Assembly: GCA_023920165.1 (NCBI GenBank)
Contig: CP089280.1
Coordinates: forward strand, 310,001-374,000
DNA: 64,000 nucleotides
Reading direction: 5' to 3'
Source: Curvularia clavata
Taxonomy: Eukaryota
Position 1 is the stretch's first letter; every line of letters starts with the position of its first letter. A model generated the notes under the pieces. That model did no database searches. It was not told the origin of the DNA and was given only the letters and a program-made list of their open reading frames with translations. The translations under genes and the position numbers were made by a program. This document shows, one piece after another, positions 1 through 13,663 of this stretch.

Positions 1-199
1 AGGCAGGCCTCGAGGAGACGGGGTGAGCAGCAGCTTGTTCCTGGACTGGCTTGGGCGGCGCATCGGTGGGGAGTGAGGGTGGAGGAGTCTGGCCCCGCAG
101 GACTGAGCCGAGTAGGGAGAGGGGCCTGAGGAAGGAGACATTGGCGGCGGTCGAGGTCGAGGTCGAGGTTGAGTCTGCGGCCAACATGTCCATCAACAT
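1..199 (-). CDS. Possible 5' end of a gene running off the window (MLMDMLAADSTSTSTSTAANVSFLRPL...), product unknown
   Basis: Frame open from ATG at 199 to the window edge. Preceded by a candidate 5'UTR intron 326..233 (GTAAGT donor, CTGAC branch, CAG acceptor). Confidence 0.35.
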   Translation of the reverse strand, partial: MLMDMLAADSTSTSTSTAANVSFLRPLSLLGSVLRGQTPPPSLPTDAPPKPVQEQAAAHPVSSRPA

Positions 200-1262
200 A
201 GCTCCAGCTGCGGAGGCAGGAGGAGAGGCATGCTGCGACGAGCGTCAGTAAAAACGCACGTCTCGCCTTGCGCCATGGTCGGTTGGTGTTGTTAAGTATA
301 GTGTAATTGCGCCTGTTTGGACTTACAAGCCACAGCAAGCGGCGCACGAGCTGAGTTATGCAGGGCAGGGGTGCTAATTTCCCGCGAGGCTGCTGTCTTG
401 GTAGATGGGAAGTAGGCTGCTATTATGCTAAAAATCAGAGAGACTGCAACCGCAACAAAAGAAAAAAAGAAAAATCAAGCGTTGCAAGCGGGCGCCCGTG
501 GCAGGTCGTTCCGCCGGCGGGCGGACATGACATGGTTTTCTTTCTTGTCCGCGTCCATTGTCAACGCCCAGGCTGAGACGCCCGTCAGGTCAGTCAAAAG
601 TCGCCGTCCCGCTAGCTGGCCACCGTCCGTCAGAGCGCCCTGCTCCTTGCACCTCCACCTGCTCGCTCGCTATCCACTCCTCATCCAGCCCTCGTCCTTG
701 GGCCTCGCCATCCAATGACTCGGCTCCCACGGGCCCCGCTGCGGCTGCTTATGGTCTGCTGCTATCCGCCGAGGGCCGACCCAATCCAGAGCATGCGTCA
801 CTCGGTGCTGTAAACTGCCAGCTCTCCTCTATCGAGCACATCGTCGACGTCGACAATAGACGTCGTGCCCAGCCTGTTCCATTCACCGACAATGACACGC
901 ACCTCGCCGAGCCCTGCAAGGCCCCGCTCCCCCTCAACCGCCATCGTACTCGATGCCTGCTTGGTCCCGATCTTCGGTTGTGCCGGCCTCCGTCGTTCCG
1001 TACCTTCCATTTTTCCCCCGGCAAGGGCTCTCGTCAGCTGCTCCTCGAACCTCCAAACTTCTCCTCGGACGAACCCACCCTCCGAATCCGTTGCTCTCCA
1101 CGTGTACCTGCAGCCATCGTACCAGCAACTGCCGTATTGGCCGTATTGTCCCACATCTGAGCAACCAGGTCAAGCCGGAGCCGGACTGTTCTTCACCACC
1201 ACCACCACCATCTCCTCAGCGGCACTTGAGCCCTGCTCCCTAGACGAATGCCTGCTTCCCAA

Positions 1263-3388
1263 ATGGGCCATACCCCAAGCCAAGACCTCGCTGACCGTCT
1301 CGTTACCTGGTTTACCCAACATGGCGGCTACCTCAGCCCGGACGTCCAGCTCGTCTACTCCCGCGCCCAGGGCTTTCACCTGCGTGCTTTGAGCTCACTG
1401 GCTCAGCCCGTCGTGGCTTCCTGTCCGCTTGCTCTTACCTTGTCCGTCCTCAACCTAGACCCGACTGAGAAAGACGTGCTGCCTGTCCATTCTCCCTTGC
1501 AACAATGTCGAGGCACAATTCCAGACCATATATTGGCCTATCTCATGTTGATTGACCAGCGCAACAAGGCTGCCGATTCGCCTTGGTACGCTTATCTAGC
1601 ATGCTTACCGCAACCCCAAGACATGACCACGCCTCTCTGGTTCGACGAGGCCGACATGGCTTTTCTGGCTGGTACTTCCTTGGCCCCCGCCGCAAAAGAA
1701 AGAAAGGCGGAGCTGCACCAGCAATGGGAGCACGCCGTAGCGGTCATGAGGGAGGCGGGCATGCACCTTGCTGACGAAATCGATCTGTAAGTCTCCTAGC
1801 ACATGGCAATCTGTAGCAGCCTGGACTGTGTCTTTGGGGCGGGCTTGCACTAGGCCCATGTCAGCTCCACCACATGCATTAGCCACGCTCACCTGGATGG
1901 CTTTTTTGATACGTGATGTTTCCAACGTCCTCAATCACTACCCGTTTACGCCTTGGGCGCATGATTTTCCTTTTTTGCACCGGACGCCTTGACACACGCC
2001 CGCTAACAGTAGCCAGCAAATCATTGCAATGGGCTGCCACCATATATACTTCGCGCGCATTCATCTCCACTCACATCTTACCTGGCAGAGAGACCATACC
2101 CATGCTCTTCCCAGTCGTCGACATTCTGAATCATTCCGTCACCGCAAAGGTCGAATGGGACTTTCAGCCACGTCACTCGTTTGCTCTCAAGTGCCTCCAA
2201 GGTGACGCTGTCCAGCCCGGAGAAGAGCTTTTCAATAACTATGCCCCAAAGCAAAACGATGAGCTGCTGCTTGGATACGGCTTCTGCTTACAGGATAATC
2301 CAATCGAGCAGTTTGCCCTGAAACTAGCGTTCCAGCCGCAGCTGCAGCAGTACGCTCAGCAGCTAGGTCTGCTAGATGCCAAGAACGTGCCTTTTGGAAT
2401 GTCCCAAGATTTCCTCTCCACAGATCCCAACCAGGAACAACATTTCCTGCGTGCTAAAGGCCATCCTTTCGGGCGCTATGCAAACCACGTTCCCTTTTTC
2501 CGTGGTGTGCCTCCATACATTGTTCATTTCTTCTTCATCCAGACAGTCATCACCTCGGAAGTGGATATAGATAGCATTGACGTTGCACGTCCTGGACCGA
2601 GGATTACACTGCAGGTATTAGTGCTATTGCACCAGGCACTCGAGCAAAGATGCGCGTCCCTTCCACTTCACATAGACCAGGAACCCAAAAACGACAAGCA
2701 AAAGTATGCCAAGATTTATCGTGATGGCCAAGCCCGTATCATCCACTCGGTGCGGCGGGAACTCCAGGCGGCAGTAGCCAGGCTTAGAGTACCAAGCGGA
2801 GAGGCTTCGGTACGGTCCTTGCACACCAGACACGATGTAATGGCAATGTTCAAAAGCAATCTGTCCTCAGCAGCAGCAACATTCTCAGCTGCGCTCGAAC
2901 AGCACGCCTTGGACAAGTCAACCAATGACACTCTAGAATGGACACTGCTGCTTACCGTCCTGGTCTCTATAATGTTAACAACACAGGACACTACTGAAGC
3001 TCCCATATTTGCCCTCGTCCGCCGCCTCTGCGCCCACCATGCGCTCCCCACACTCGAAGACGGCATCGAGGACGTCGAAACATATACCTTTGTAGACGAG
3101 CACCTCGCAGACTTTGTACGCCTGCCTGGTTCAGATCTCAACGCCGCACCCAGCGATGTTCTCGACGATCTCGGTCTGACGTTCGTCAACCAGCCTGCTG
3201 ATAGCGATGCGCCCGTGTTTATCAACGGCCGCACAGAGCACTTCGGCGCCAGGATCATCATGTGGGCCATGAAGGTTGCGGAGCGGGACGTGGTACCCGT
3301 GTTTGAGGGCGGCGATATCAACAAGTGTTTATATGTTGCGGGTGGCGAGGGTGACGAGACGTGGATGTATGAGGATGTAGAGGTTTGA
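1263..3388 (+). CDS. SET-domain protein lysine methyltransferase (Rubisco LSMT/Rkm-type)
   Basis: Exons 1263-1786 and 2017-3388; intron GTAAGT...CTAAC...CAG, frame preserved. Motifs SPWYAYLACLP, WAATIYTSRAF, LFPVVDILNH, GEELFNNYAPKQNDELLLGYGF. Alternative in-frame ATG at 1248. Confidence 0.88.
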
Positions 3389-3577
3389 GTGAGTAAGGGA
3401 AAAAGGTAGAAACACACGCAAAAATATCATTAGAGAGCAAGTGTGCAGAGTGTCTCACTCATGTCAAAACATCCGCGGAAATTAAAGTCTCAACGCATTC
3501 CTATTCTTATCTACAATCTTTTGTCTCAGTATATTCTAATCCATTTCTACATTCCCATATCCCCAAAAAAAAGGAAA

Positions 3578-4983
3578 CTACGCAACAACCTTACTTGCCT
3601 CGACCTCCCTCCTCTCCTCATCATTTCCCCCCAACCTCCCACTCTCCTCATAAATCCCCTTCAACACGGCCCTCAGCTCCGCCAAAAACCTATCCACCTC
3701 CGTCTCTGTTCCCACCGTTATACGCAAGCAACCCAAACACCCGTGTTCCTTGCCGCGGAACCTCACCACGACACCTTTCTTCTCAGCCAGGGCCTCATAC
3801 ACCGCCAGCGCCGTTTCGTTTGATGGCTTACCGCCAGGCGCATCGAGAATCTGATAGAGCAGGAAATTCGATTCAGTGCCGCCGTGCAGCGCGCCGATAC
3901 CGGGAATCTTTGGCATTTCAGCGATAAGACGGTGGCGCTGCGCAACGATGCGGTCTTTGTTCTCGTGCATGACAGCCAGGTGAGCGGGGCTCAGGGCGGC
4001 GCGGGCGAGTTGGCTGGTGGGGTTGGGGATGTTATACGGTGCCTTCATGTTGTTGAGGAGCTGGGCAATGTCTGGGTGCGTGAATGCGGCGCCTAGACGG
4101 ATGCCAGCGAGGCCAAAGGCTTTGGACAGCGTCTGCATAACGACTAGGTTGGGCCATTCGCTGACCCATTCGGCCAGACTGGCGCCCTCGGGCGCAAAGT
4201 CAATGTAGGCTTCGTCAACGACGACGATGCCGTTCCATGAGTGCTCGAGGACGCGCTGCACGTCTTCTTTCTTGAGGAGCTTGCCCGTGGGGTTGCCCGG
4301 CGAGCACAGGTATGCCAGTTTGATGTGTTTGTCCGAGTCCAAGGCACTGAGGATCGCGGGCACGTCAAGGTCAAAGCTGGGTGTTTGCAGTGGGACTTTG
4401 ACGAGCGAGACGTCGTTGACTTGGGCAGACACGCTGTACATGCCGTATGTAGGCGGACATGTTAGGATCTTGTCTTTGCCGGGGACGCAGAAGGCGCGGA
4501 TGAGGGCGTCGATGGCTTCGTCGGAGCCTACGCCCACGAAGAGGTTGGCAGGTGTGATGGTCTTTTCGGTGTGCGTGTGCGTGTTGCGGAGGTTGCAGAG
4601 GAGCTGCTTGAGTTCTTCTTGGTGACTGCGCAAGTATGTCAGTCTACTAGTCTGAGCATAGGATATAGAGGCCATACGGGTCTGGGTAGCGGTTCAGGCC
4701 GAGTAGGTCCACGTCAATGGCGTACGATGAGTCGGATGTGCCATTGGTGCTGGTAATCTTTCCTTGCCCGTTCAATGCAAGGCCGGGTCCGTATGCGTTC
4801 TCGTTTGCGTCGAGGAGAATGTTGGTTCCATCGTCTTTGTAGTCACTACGCGCGTTAGGTCTGAGTACCACTTTCAGCATTGTTGCGCTTCACCTACTCG
4901 CGCGCGCATCGATACGGCTCTAACGCGAGGATATTAGATCGCGCGCATGTTTGCAGATTGAATGCCGTATTCTTTGGTGCCAT
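3578..4983 (-). CDS. HIS5: Histidinol-phosphate aminotransferase
   Basis: Introns 4897..4846 and 4677..4626. Motifs LEPYRCARD, LDANEN, NRYPDP, GSDEAID, CSPGNPTG, VDEAYIDF, TLSKAFGLAGIRLG (PLP lysine). Confidence 0.95.
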
Positions 4984-5083
4984 TGTTAACGTGGGGATGT
5001 TGGGATTCCAAAAGATGAGTTCACGACGATGGTCGCGGGGAACTTTTTGTTGCGCGGGGCAAACAAGGGTGCGGCGACGTCGG

Positions 5084-5155
5084 GAGTCATCTGTGATGAC
5101 ACTGGTTGAGCTAGCTTCTCCGACGCGGGACGATATGAGGCCATTTTAGAGTCAT
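5084..5155. promoter_or_regulatory. Two Gcn4/CpcA-type elements (ATGACTC on the minus strand) upstream of HIS5
   Basis: GAGTCAT at 5084-5090 and 5149-5155, about 100 and 170 bp upstream of the HIS5 ATG. Typical of cross-pathway control of amino-acid biosynthesis genes. Confidence 0.6.
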
Positions 5156-6564
5156 CCGTGAACAGATCAAACTACTGTTTTTTACTCCTGAAGCAACGGT
5201 TGCACGTTTGCAGATGCAAATTGTACTGAAATTCTGACAAGATTTCCAAGCATCAAATTACTGAAACGAATATCACTGTTGTTAATAGCTACGTACAGTC
5301 CTTCACCCCAGCAATATTCCTGTACACACCGAGGGTAGGATAGAACCCGATTTCACAGGTAGCTCTAAGAACATCTATTTGATCACGCACAGGTGTTTCA
5401 GAATCAATAATGGGCACAATTCTTGGAGTACCGCCATACTGACATGTATATTTTCACTATGTATGACGATGGTACATGGGAAATAGCTTTGAGTGGTTAT
5501 ACAGACCCCTGCTCAATGACAATACAATAGTATTTCGACAAACAGGAGACCCTGCAAGTGGTGATTTCACAGTTCCTAAAGGCCAGTCATTATTAGGTTT
5601 TAGCTACGATTAGGGACATATTTTAGACTTGCTATTACTTGTTAACTTAATATTTTTTTTCTAAAGAAATCTATTAAGCGTACATGATTGGTAATGAGAT
5701 CTCTGCTTCATAGCCATGGCAGTAGATTGCCCTCCGATACTTCCTACAATCATGGCTTACGACCTTCATTCAGCCAGAGCACCCTTCATATTGTCTCGAC
5801 CTATATCATTAGGCTTCTCCACCGCAATATTGGCAATAGTTCTAGGGGTCAAAATAAGACCCTAAGAAGCAAACAGCTTTGCGCTTAAGATTACACAGAT
5901 TCTGTAACGGGAGAGGATATCATTAGCGAGCTGAAGCGGCCAGAAACGTTATCGGAATAGTGGCAAGATTATTGAACACGAGGCCTACGATTTGTGCTAA
6001 ACTTCAGCCACAACAGTATTGCTGCGTGATTTCCGTCATTCTCAACGGCTGTTCCCTAATTTGAAGCCCCCTTCCCAATCGGAGCGCAAAGGACTCTGCA
6101 TTCGTGGTCCATTGGGGGTTGTTTGCTATTCCTCTACGGACGGCACGGGTAGATGCACGTGGTGTGTCTCAACGGCTTGGCTAGAATGCACATTGCACTA
6201 CATTGGAGAAGTAAGTGAGTCATGTTTTGACGAGATAGAGCATTCCTTATACCGAATATAGGATCATTCAAGCAGGTGCATCTGTGTGGCATGGTACTAT
6301 GTTTGCGCACCTGACCCAGACAACCTCATCCGAATCGTCTTGTAGTACAGCCTCGCAAGTCTTCCTATCCCTACCTGTGCTTCTGAATACAATGACGGCA
6401 GGGAGTACAAGGTGTATCCAGAGGCGTTTCCACCATCTATAAGAAGAGGTCGGAATTGCCAAACAACCCAAAAAGCCAAAACACATCTCAATCTAACTTT
6501 ACCAAGCCAGGCAGCTCCACTATCACTTCTTGTTCGTCAAAACCTCATCTTGCAGCCCTTCACC

Positions 6565-7038
6565 ATGTTTCTCCCCGCCCTCACCAGTGCCCTCGCCCTC
6601 TCCACCCGCGCGGCCCCCGACCCCTACGCAAAAGTCCACAACAAATGCTCTTTCCCTGTCTGGGTAAGCTCTGTGCAAAACACCGCTGGGCCCACTCAAA
6701 TGCTTCTCTCCGGCAACACCTTCTCCGAAGTCCAGCGCAACCCCGAAAACGGCACTGGCGTCTCCATCCAAGTCACCACGACTGTCGATGGCGCACATAC
6801 CAAAGCACCTATTCTGATCATGGGATACTCTTGGGATAATAGGACGGGGCTATATTATAGTTTGAGTACGGTCAATGGGTTTTCGTTTTGGGGACAGAAG
6901 CTGAGGATTCATAATACTGAGGGGAAGGCAGTGCAGGAGATTGTTTGGGTGGGGGAGCCGAAGGGAGAGTATACGGCGGTGTATCTGAAGGGTGAGGCGG
7001 ATATTACGCTCGAGCTTTGTGATGATTTTGCTGAGTAG
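6565..7038 (+). CDS. Small secreted Bys1-family (thaumatin-like fold) protein
   Basis: CACCATG start, hydrophobic signal peptide, AKVHNKCSFPVWVSSV N-terminal motif, YYSLSTVNG, C-terminal ITLELC. Confidence 0.75.
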   Translation: MFLPALTSALALSTRAAPDPYAKVHNKCSFPVWVSSVQNTAGPTQMLLSGNTFSEVQRNPENGTGVSIQVTTTVDGAHTKAPILIMGYSWDNRTGLYYSLSTVNGFSFWGQKLRIHNTEGKAVQEIVWVGEPKGEYTAVYLKGEADITLELCDDFAE

Positions 7039-7471
7039 GACTGGTAAGGTGGAGCGGGGCTTGTTTGTTGTAATGGAGAGTAAGCGGGGTGGGATGAAGT
7101 TCGAAACGGTATGGTATAGTAAAGTCGTGCTTTTATTTCTGGAGTTTCTCATCTTACCAGTAAAGGGGGTTTTTTTACCTCAAAAATCAACCAGTGTTTT
7201 ACAATCGTTTTATCGTAGCTTTACATACATACTAAGGTTACATCCAAATGCTATGGACTACACTGATGTAGCCCTACCCTTTACTACTTACCCTTAGTCA
7301 GCTACCAGTATCCAAAACTGATGATCATGCGCTAGTGATTCATCTCATGAGCGATCTAACTATTTGCTCTTGTCCAGTTCTCTACTGCTTGTGCTGTATT
7401 TGTCTCATACCAGTAATCTTACACTAAGGGCTCCTCGCACACAAAAGTGAGTAAAAGAATCTATAGCTAGT

Positions 7472-7518
7472 AGGTAGAGTAGGTAAAGCAGGTAGAGTGG
7501 GTAGAGTAGGTAAAGCAG
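7472..7518 (+). repeat. Degenerate 9-bp tandem repeat (AGGTAGAGT/AGGTAAAGC, about 5 copies)
   Basis: aggtagagt aggtaaagc aggtagagt gggtagagt aggtaaagc read directly. Confidence 0.7.
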
Positions 7519-7999
7519 CCAGTAGTTATACGAAGAAGCTCATCTTAACGAGAAATGTGTGTTGCGGCGTATACAGCACACTTTCACACACCTCGACATA
7601 ATCTTGGGGTCATGTAGCCGCCAAGACAGTCCATGTTAGATAGCTTCTGGACCTCAAAGTTTTCGCGCATCGACTTCTGCCCGACAAAGTGGAAACAACA
7701 CCCGGACAAATACAAGTCACTCAAATCAGAACATTCACAAACTCATAAGCCAAGGCACAGTCAAATATTGAAATATCATCTCAATTCTCTACACAGGATA
7801 TTAAACCCTATTATTAGAGTACATGCTACCACCAAACTTTTCCTGCCATGTTCATTGATCGTTAATTCATCCGATGCATCAGGAAAAACAATGAAAAGGG
7901 CTCATAAGCCGTGAACTCCATGAACTAACACCCGGGAAAATGTCTATGCTAGAAGATGTGAAGAAAAGAAGACAAAGAGACTGCCGTGAAGCGATCCGC

Positions 8000-9989
8000 T
8001 TAGTCAACCTCCTCGACGGTTGGGCCGTCATCGCCACCAGCACCGGGGGCGCCGCCGGGAGCACCGCCAGGCATACCGCCGGGCATGCCACCCTCACCAC
8101 CAGCTCCGTAGAACTTCATCATGATGGGGTTGGCGACACCCTCGAGCTCCTTCTGCTGAGACTCGTACTCGTCCTTGGTGGCGGTCTGGTTGTCATCGAG
8201 CCAAGCGACGGTCTTATCGATCTCGGCCTTGAGCTTCTCCTTGTCACCGGCATCGAGCTTCTCGTCAACCTTGGAGTCGCTCAGGGTGTTGCGGAGAGAG
8301 TAGGCATAGGACTCGAGAGCGTTCTTGGCAGCGATACGGGCAGCCTCAGCCTCGTCCTCAGCCTTGTACTTCTCGGCCTCAGCCAACATGCGCTCAATCT
8401 CCTCCTTGGAGAGACGGCCCTTGTCGTTGGTGATGACAATCTTGTTGGTCTTACCGGTACCCTTCTCGAGAGCAGAGACGTTGATGATACCGTTGGCGTC
8501 AACATCGAAGGTGACCTCGATCTGAGGAACACCACGAGGCGCAGGTGGGATGCCGGTAAGCTCGAACTTGCCGAGCAGGTTGTTGTCCTTAGTACGGGCA
8601 CGCTCACCCTCGTAGACCTGGATGAGCACACCGGGCTGGTTGTCGCTGAAGGTGGAGAAGACCTCGGACTTCTTGGTGGGGATGGTGGTGTTGCGCTTGA
8701 TCAGAGGAGTCATGACACCACCAGCGGTCTCGATACCGATGGACAGCGGCGCAACGTCGAGAAGCAGGATCTCGGAGGTCGACTTGGAGGAGGTGTCACC
8801 AGACAGGATAGCGGCCTGGACGGCAGCACCGTAGGCGACAGCCTCGTCGGGGTTGATGGACTTGTTGGGCTCCTTGCCGTTGAAGAAGTCGGAGACCATC
8901 TTCTGGACCTTGGGGATACGGGTGGATCCACCGACGAGGACGATCTCGTGGACGGAGGACTTGTCGATCTTGGCATCGCGGAGGACACGCTCGACGGGCT
9001 CCATGGTGGAGCGGAAGAGGTCCTGGCACAGCTCCTCGAAGCGGGCACGGGTGATGGAGGTGTAGAAGTCGATTCCCTCGAAGAGAGAGCTGGAAAATGT
9101 TAGCTTATGATACTGTGACAAATACATAGGTTTTTACTTACTCAATCTCGATGGAGGTCTGGGCAGACGAAGAGAGAGTGCGCTTGGCACGCTCGCAAGC
9201 GGTTCGGAGACGGCGAAGGGCACGAGCGTTGGAGGTCAAGTCCTTCTTGTGCTTTCTCTTGAATTCTTGTACGAAGTGGTTGACAAGACGGTTGTCGAAG
9301 TCTTCACCACCCAAGTGAGTGTCACCTGCAGTAGACTTGACCTCGAAGATACCTTCCTCAATGGTGAGGAGAGAGACATCGAAGGTACCACCTCCAAGAT
9401 CGAAGATGAGGACGTTGCGCTCGCCCTGGGTCTTCTTGTCAAGACCGTAGGCAATGGCGGCGGCGGTAGGCTCGTTGATGATACGGAGGACGTTGAGGCC
9501 GGCAATGAGACCAGCATCCTTGGTGGCCTGACGTTGTGAGTCGTTGAAGTAGGCTGGGACAGTGACGACGGCGTTGTTAACGGTGCCACCGAGGTAGGAC
9601 TCGGCAGTCTCCCTCATCTTGGTCAGGACCATGGATGAGATCTCCTCTGGTGTGAAGGTCTTCTCCTCGCCCTTGAACTCGACCTGGATGACTGGCTTGC
9701 CGCCCTTGTCGATGACCTTGAAGGGGAAGTGCTTCATGTCGGCCTGGACCTCAGCATCGGCGAACTTGCGACCAATGAGACGCTTGGCATCGAAGACGGT
9801 GTTGGAAGGGTTCATGGCGACCTGGTTCTTTGCAGAGTCACCGATGAGACGCTCGGTATCGGTGAAGGCGACGAACGAGGGTGTTGTGCGGTTACCCTGG
9901 TCGTTGGCGATGATCTCGATGCGGTCATCTCGGAAGATGCCAACACACGAGTATGTGGTTCCAAGATCAATTCCGATCGCGGGTGCCAT
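8000..9989 (-). CDS. HSP70: Cytosolic Hsp70 (SSA type)
   Basis: Intron 9141..9090. Motifs [35 protein letters not shown] repeats and C-terminal GPTVEEVD. Confidence 0.98.
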
Positions 9990-10166
9990 GGTGTAGCAGT
10001 GTGTATGTGTAGTGGGGTATCAAAAGCGGAAAGAAAATGAATAAAGTGCTCACAAGTCTTAGACTTCGTGTGGTGAGGCTTTGCTAGAGTTGATTTGAGT
10101 AGTGAATTGGAGAAGCAGGCAAAGGCGGCGGCGGAGGAGTTTTTGTATTGCTTTGGCGTGTCCGGT

Positions 10167-10218
10167 TTCTACAGAATTCCAGCGGCTTCGACGTGCCAAG
10201 CCTCCAACCAGAAGCTTC
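10167..10218. promoter_or_regulatory. Heat shock elements upstream of HSP70
   Basis: TTC at 10167, 10177 and 10187 (10-bp spacing, step-type HSE) plus GAAgcTTC at 10211-10218. Confidence 0.55.
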
Positions 10219-11147
10219 CCGCAGGCTCTGCGACCCACTAGAAACCGCTGCCTGACGAATTCACTGGGGGCGAAATATGCCTTTTTCCCTGGTGATGGGG
10301 CTCCACCGTTTGCGCCGCTGGTGCCGCTGCCATTGCCGTTTTTGCGCCAGTTGCTGTGTCGCGGCTGCTTCTTTCGCCGCTGCGAAGGCACGAGAATCTC
10401 GAAGCTATGACGGAGCCCTCACCCCACCATGACCTCAATCCGGCTGTCTAAGCGAGAGCCCCGCCATGCCTGGTCCACATGTCATAGCTGCCCATGGCAA
10501 CCGGCCGCTTCACGTACCTTCGACCAGGCGGCGATTTGTCTTCTTCCTTTTTCCACGGCCGCGATCGAGCGTCTCCTAGCCGTAGTAAACGCCTTCACGA
10601 GCTGGCGTGATCTCATGCCGTCTGGTCCAGCATGGCTCCATGACATACTATAGCACACCCCATACGTGTACACTACACCACAGCCTTGTCTTGCTTGGTC
10701 ATTACCTGCAGCCATGGGCTGTTGTCATGCATAGCCTGATACTCGACATTGCTATGGGCTTGTACGCCTCGAGACTCGAATTCACTCAAGAGAATTTATC
10801 CTGGATTGGAAATTTGCACACATTTATTTAAATTAATGAAAAAAAACTCCATGTTCGCACTCCGTGTGCACTGCATGCTAGGATGTAGGTGAGATAAACT
10901 CGAAAATAAAGCGCAAATCCAACGGCGAGGCCAACTCCTCTGCCTCTCTACAACACGAATATCCAAACCCCAGGTGCCTGTAGCAACAAACAAACTGCAA
11001 GACAAAGCCCAATCCAAGTGTCCAGCGTCCAGCCGAACGCCGCATCACGTGCCCAAACGCCAGAGATGGGTATAATACGAGATCGTGACGCCCAAGTCAA
11101 GAGACCGTCGAAGCAGCGCACAAAGTCGACTGCCAGAGACTTGACGT

Positions 11148-12869
11148 CTAACCGCCTCCTCGACCTCGACCTCGACCCCTCCCGCTTCCACTGGCTGTTC
11201 GACTCATGGCAACACCGCCACCGTGACCACCAACAATGAGCGATTCTCCGTTGCGTCCTATCGGCGTGTTTCCACCTTCTGACCAACCCGCGGCACTGCT
11301 CTGCGCGCTCATAGGCACCCCGCCCAAGGCTGCACCCACTTCCAGATGCGGTGCTGTACTGCGGAGCGCGCTCGTCATCTCGTTGACTGGCTCGGAAAAA
11401 TTCGGCGGCTGCACTTGATAGTCTCTGGCTTTGACGGGGTTACATGCTGCCTGTAGCAGTTTCTCGTTCAGGTCGTCGTCTGGCCGAGCCTCCCTCAGCA
11501 TCAGTTTCAAATCCTGCTCTACATCTTGCGCCGATAGTGAAGGCGGTGGTGGTGCCGACGCGTTGATCTTCTGGAAAATCTTTGCGTCCAAAACAAAAGG
11601 CGGGTTGTAGATAAACGGAGCTATTTGCCCACTGACTATTGCTGCCGTGGGATTGAGCGCGGATCGCGTAGCCCCGCGAGTCGCGTGTGGATTCGACGAG
11701 TGTTGACGCACCATGTCAGTGGCACCTGGAATGTCGTCCGAATCTTGATCCTGGTCCATGGGATCGCCGTTTTCAGAAGCATGCTCGCCATTTGTCCCAT
11801 TGGTGTTGCCATTGGCACTTGTCTCTTGTGGCGCAGTCTCTGCGTTTTTCATCTTCGCAAAGAAATGTGAGGCGGCTGTTGTAGCTTGGTTCATAGCCAT
11901 ATTAAGCTCCTTCTCGGTGAACAAGCGCTCCAAGGAATAGGCAGATGACTCGAATTGTGCGTTGACGGTGCGTGCTTTGGCTTCGCGGAACGGAGAGCCA
12001 ACACCCATTTCCGTAGCCCGCCCGGAAGGCCCTGGAGAGTCATTATCCTGTTCTTCAAACAGCTTCCTCTTGCGCTTGGTTTCGTTGGCGGCTGCAAGCT
12101 CTTCAGCGTCCCCAAATTTGTGTCCTGTCCTTCTTGTTTTTCGAGGCGCCTGTGGTCCGCCAGGACTCGCAGGATTCCCAATGCTGAACTGGTTGGGGTG
12201 TAGCAGCATGGCGTTGCTGTCGGATAAATCGAGTTGTTCCTTCTCTCGCTTTAGCCTGTTCGTCCGCTGTTGTATGCTCGCAACAAGACGTTCGCGAATG
12301 GTGGCGGCAAGTAACTTGTGCTCTTCTTCCGCGATTTGAACTTTGTAGTAATGCGAATTCTCGATTTCGTTTTTGGTGTTTTCGTGCTTGTTCTGTATGG
12401 CGCGTACGATTAGCGTCTCCTGTCAGGACAGCCGGCAGCAGGGGGCGCTCACCCAGAGCATAGTGAGATTGTAGTCTCGCTCTTCCATTGCATCGTTTAC
12501 CGCGTCAACAAAGCGCGAGTAGTATCTCCCGCATTGCGCGATATAATCGGTCCCAGCGCTTGGTGCAGACGGCACGTTGTTGCCCATAATCTGCGAGATG
12601 AGCTCCGACGCTTCCTCTCCGTTGTCCTCGAGCGGCTGGTTGGCATATGGGTCGGCCTTCATGATTAGGTTGATGTCGGCTTGCAGCGCCGCAAGCTGGG
12701 CACGATAATGGCTGTCTCTATTGTCAGAGAAGGAGGCCATCATCTCCGCAAGCTTGTCAGCGAGCATGTTGCGCCGTTTATCGCGCTTCGAGGGCTGCGG
12801 CTGTGGCGATGTTGCTGAATGGCCTAGCGGAAAGTTGTCCGCTGGCGACGGGCTGCCATTTCGAACCAT
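11148..12869 (-). CDS. SDS3: Sds3-like Sin3/Rpd3L histone deacetylase complex subunit
   Basis: Exons 12869-12453 and 12392-11148 (intron GTGAGC...CTAAT...CAG). SKRDKRR...F.DNRDSHYRAQLAALQAD coiled coil, EEEHKLL..TIRERL, LLHPNQFSI.NPASPGG. Confidence 0.8.
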
Positions 12870-13568
12870 GGCGATAACTGCGGTTTTGGAGTAGTACCAG
12901 AGTCGCGCTGGGTATTGGTCGTCTGCGTCAGGGTCGCCGCACGGTGGTTGTCGACGGTATTTGGCTACTTTACAATTCGGGATAATAGTCGTACTGAGTA
13001 CTGGGCCTTGAAGAGAAGCAACTTGCGCCTCCTAGTCGATGGTAGCTACCTGCTATGTGCCATGTAGGAGGTAGATACCCGGGTGTTGTTTGCGAAGGTT
13101 GAATTCAGCAGCCGAACGGTCCCAGCATCACTTGGTACATTCCGAATATAGTTTAGCGTCTGGCAGGTGGACGGCCGATCGCCGACTTCTCCCCAGACAT
13201 ACCACCAAAGCCATGACAAGCGGGAGCAGGTCAGATTGCGTATGCGCCTACAAAATCCCCAAGCTGTATTGAATCTAGTCTGCAATTCTTTATGAGCATC
13301 AGGAATATCTTTCAGCCGAGTTACCCAATCTAGACGCAAGTACTGCATATGCTGCCAACAGCAGGTACGTCAAACCCCTTAGGCTAGATGCCAATGGATG
13401 CAGGACCAATTGCGCCGCTTACTTGAATTGAGTCTGCAGCTCAACCCGGCACAGGACTGGGGTGTTGACAGCAGTCGAGGATCCGTTTGTCAACGAGTGG
13501 TCTTTGATGGCTTGTTGCGTTTGAATCTAGAGCATATAACGTGGAAATCTTTCATCAATCAAACAACA

Positions 13569-13663
13569 TCCGATATGGTCTAGTGGCTAGGATTTGCCGC
13601 TCTCATCGAGAGTCAGTTCGCCTCAGCGCCGGCAAGGCCCGGGTTCGATTCCCGGTGTCGGAA
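13569..13663 (+). tRNA. tRNA-Glu(CTC) with 23-nt intron (13606-13628)
   Basis: Acceptor stem TCCGATA/TGTCGGA, D arm with TAGTGG, anticodon stem TGCCG/CGGCA with loop CT-CTC-A, T arm CCGGG-TTCGATT-CCCGG, downstream oligo-T terminator. Confidence 0.93.

Noticed and set aside
558..1243. Overlapping 100-200 aa ORFs upstream of the SET gene
   Set aside because: GC-rich leader DNA open in several frames with no recognisable domain.
5150..6400. AT-richer spacer as a possible RIP-degraded transposon
   Set aside because: No terminal repeats or transposase/RT motifs recognisable.
7940..9103. 387-aa ORF antisense to HSP70
   Set aside because: Long antisense ORFs are a well-known by-product of codon bias in HSP70 genes; no independent coding evidence.
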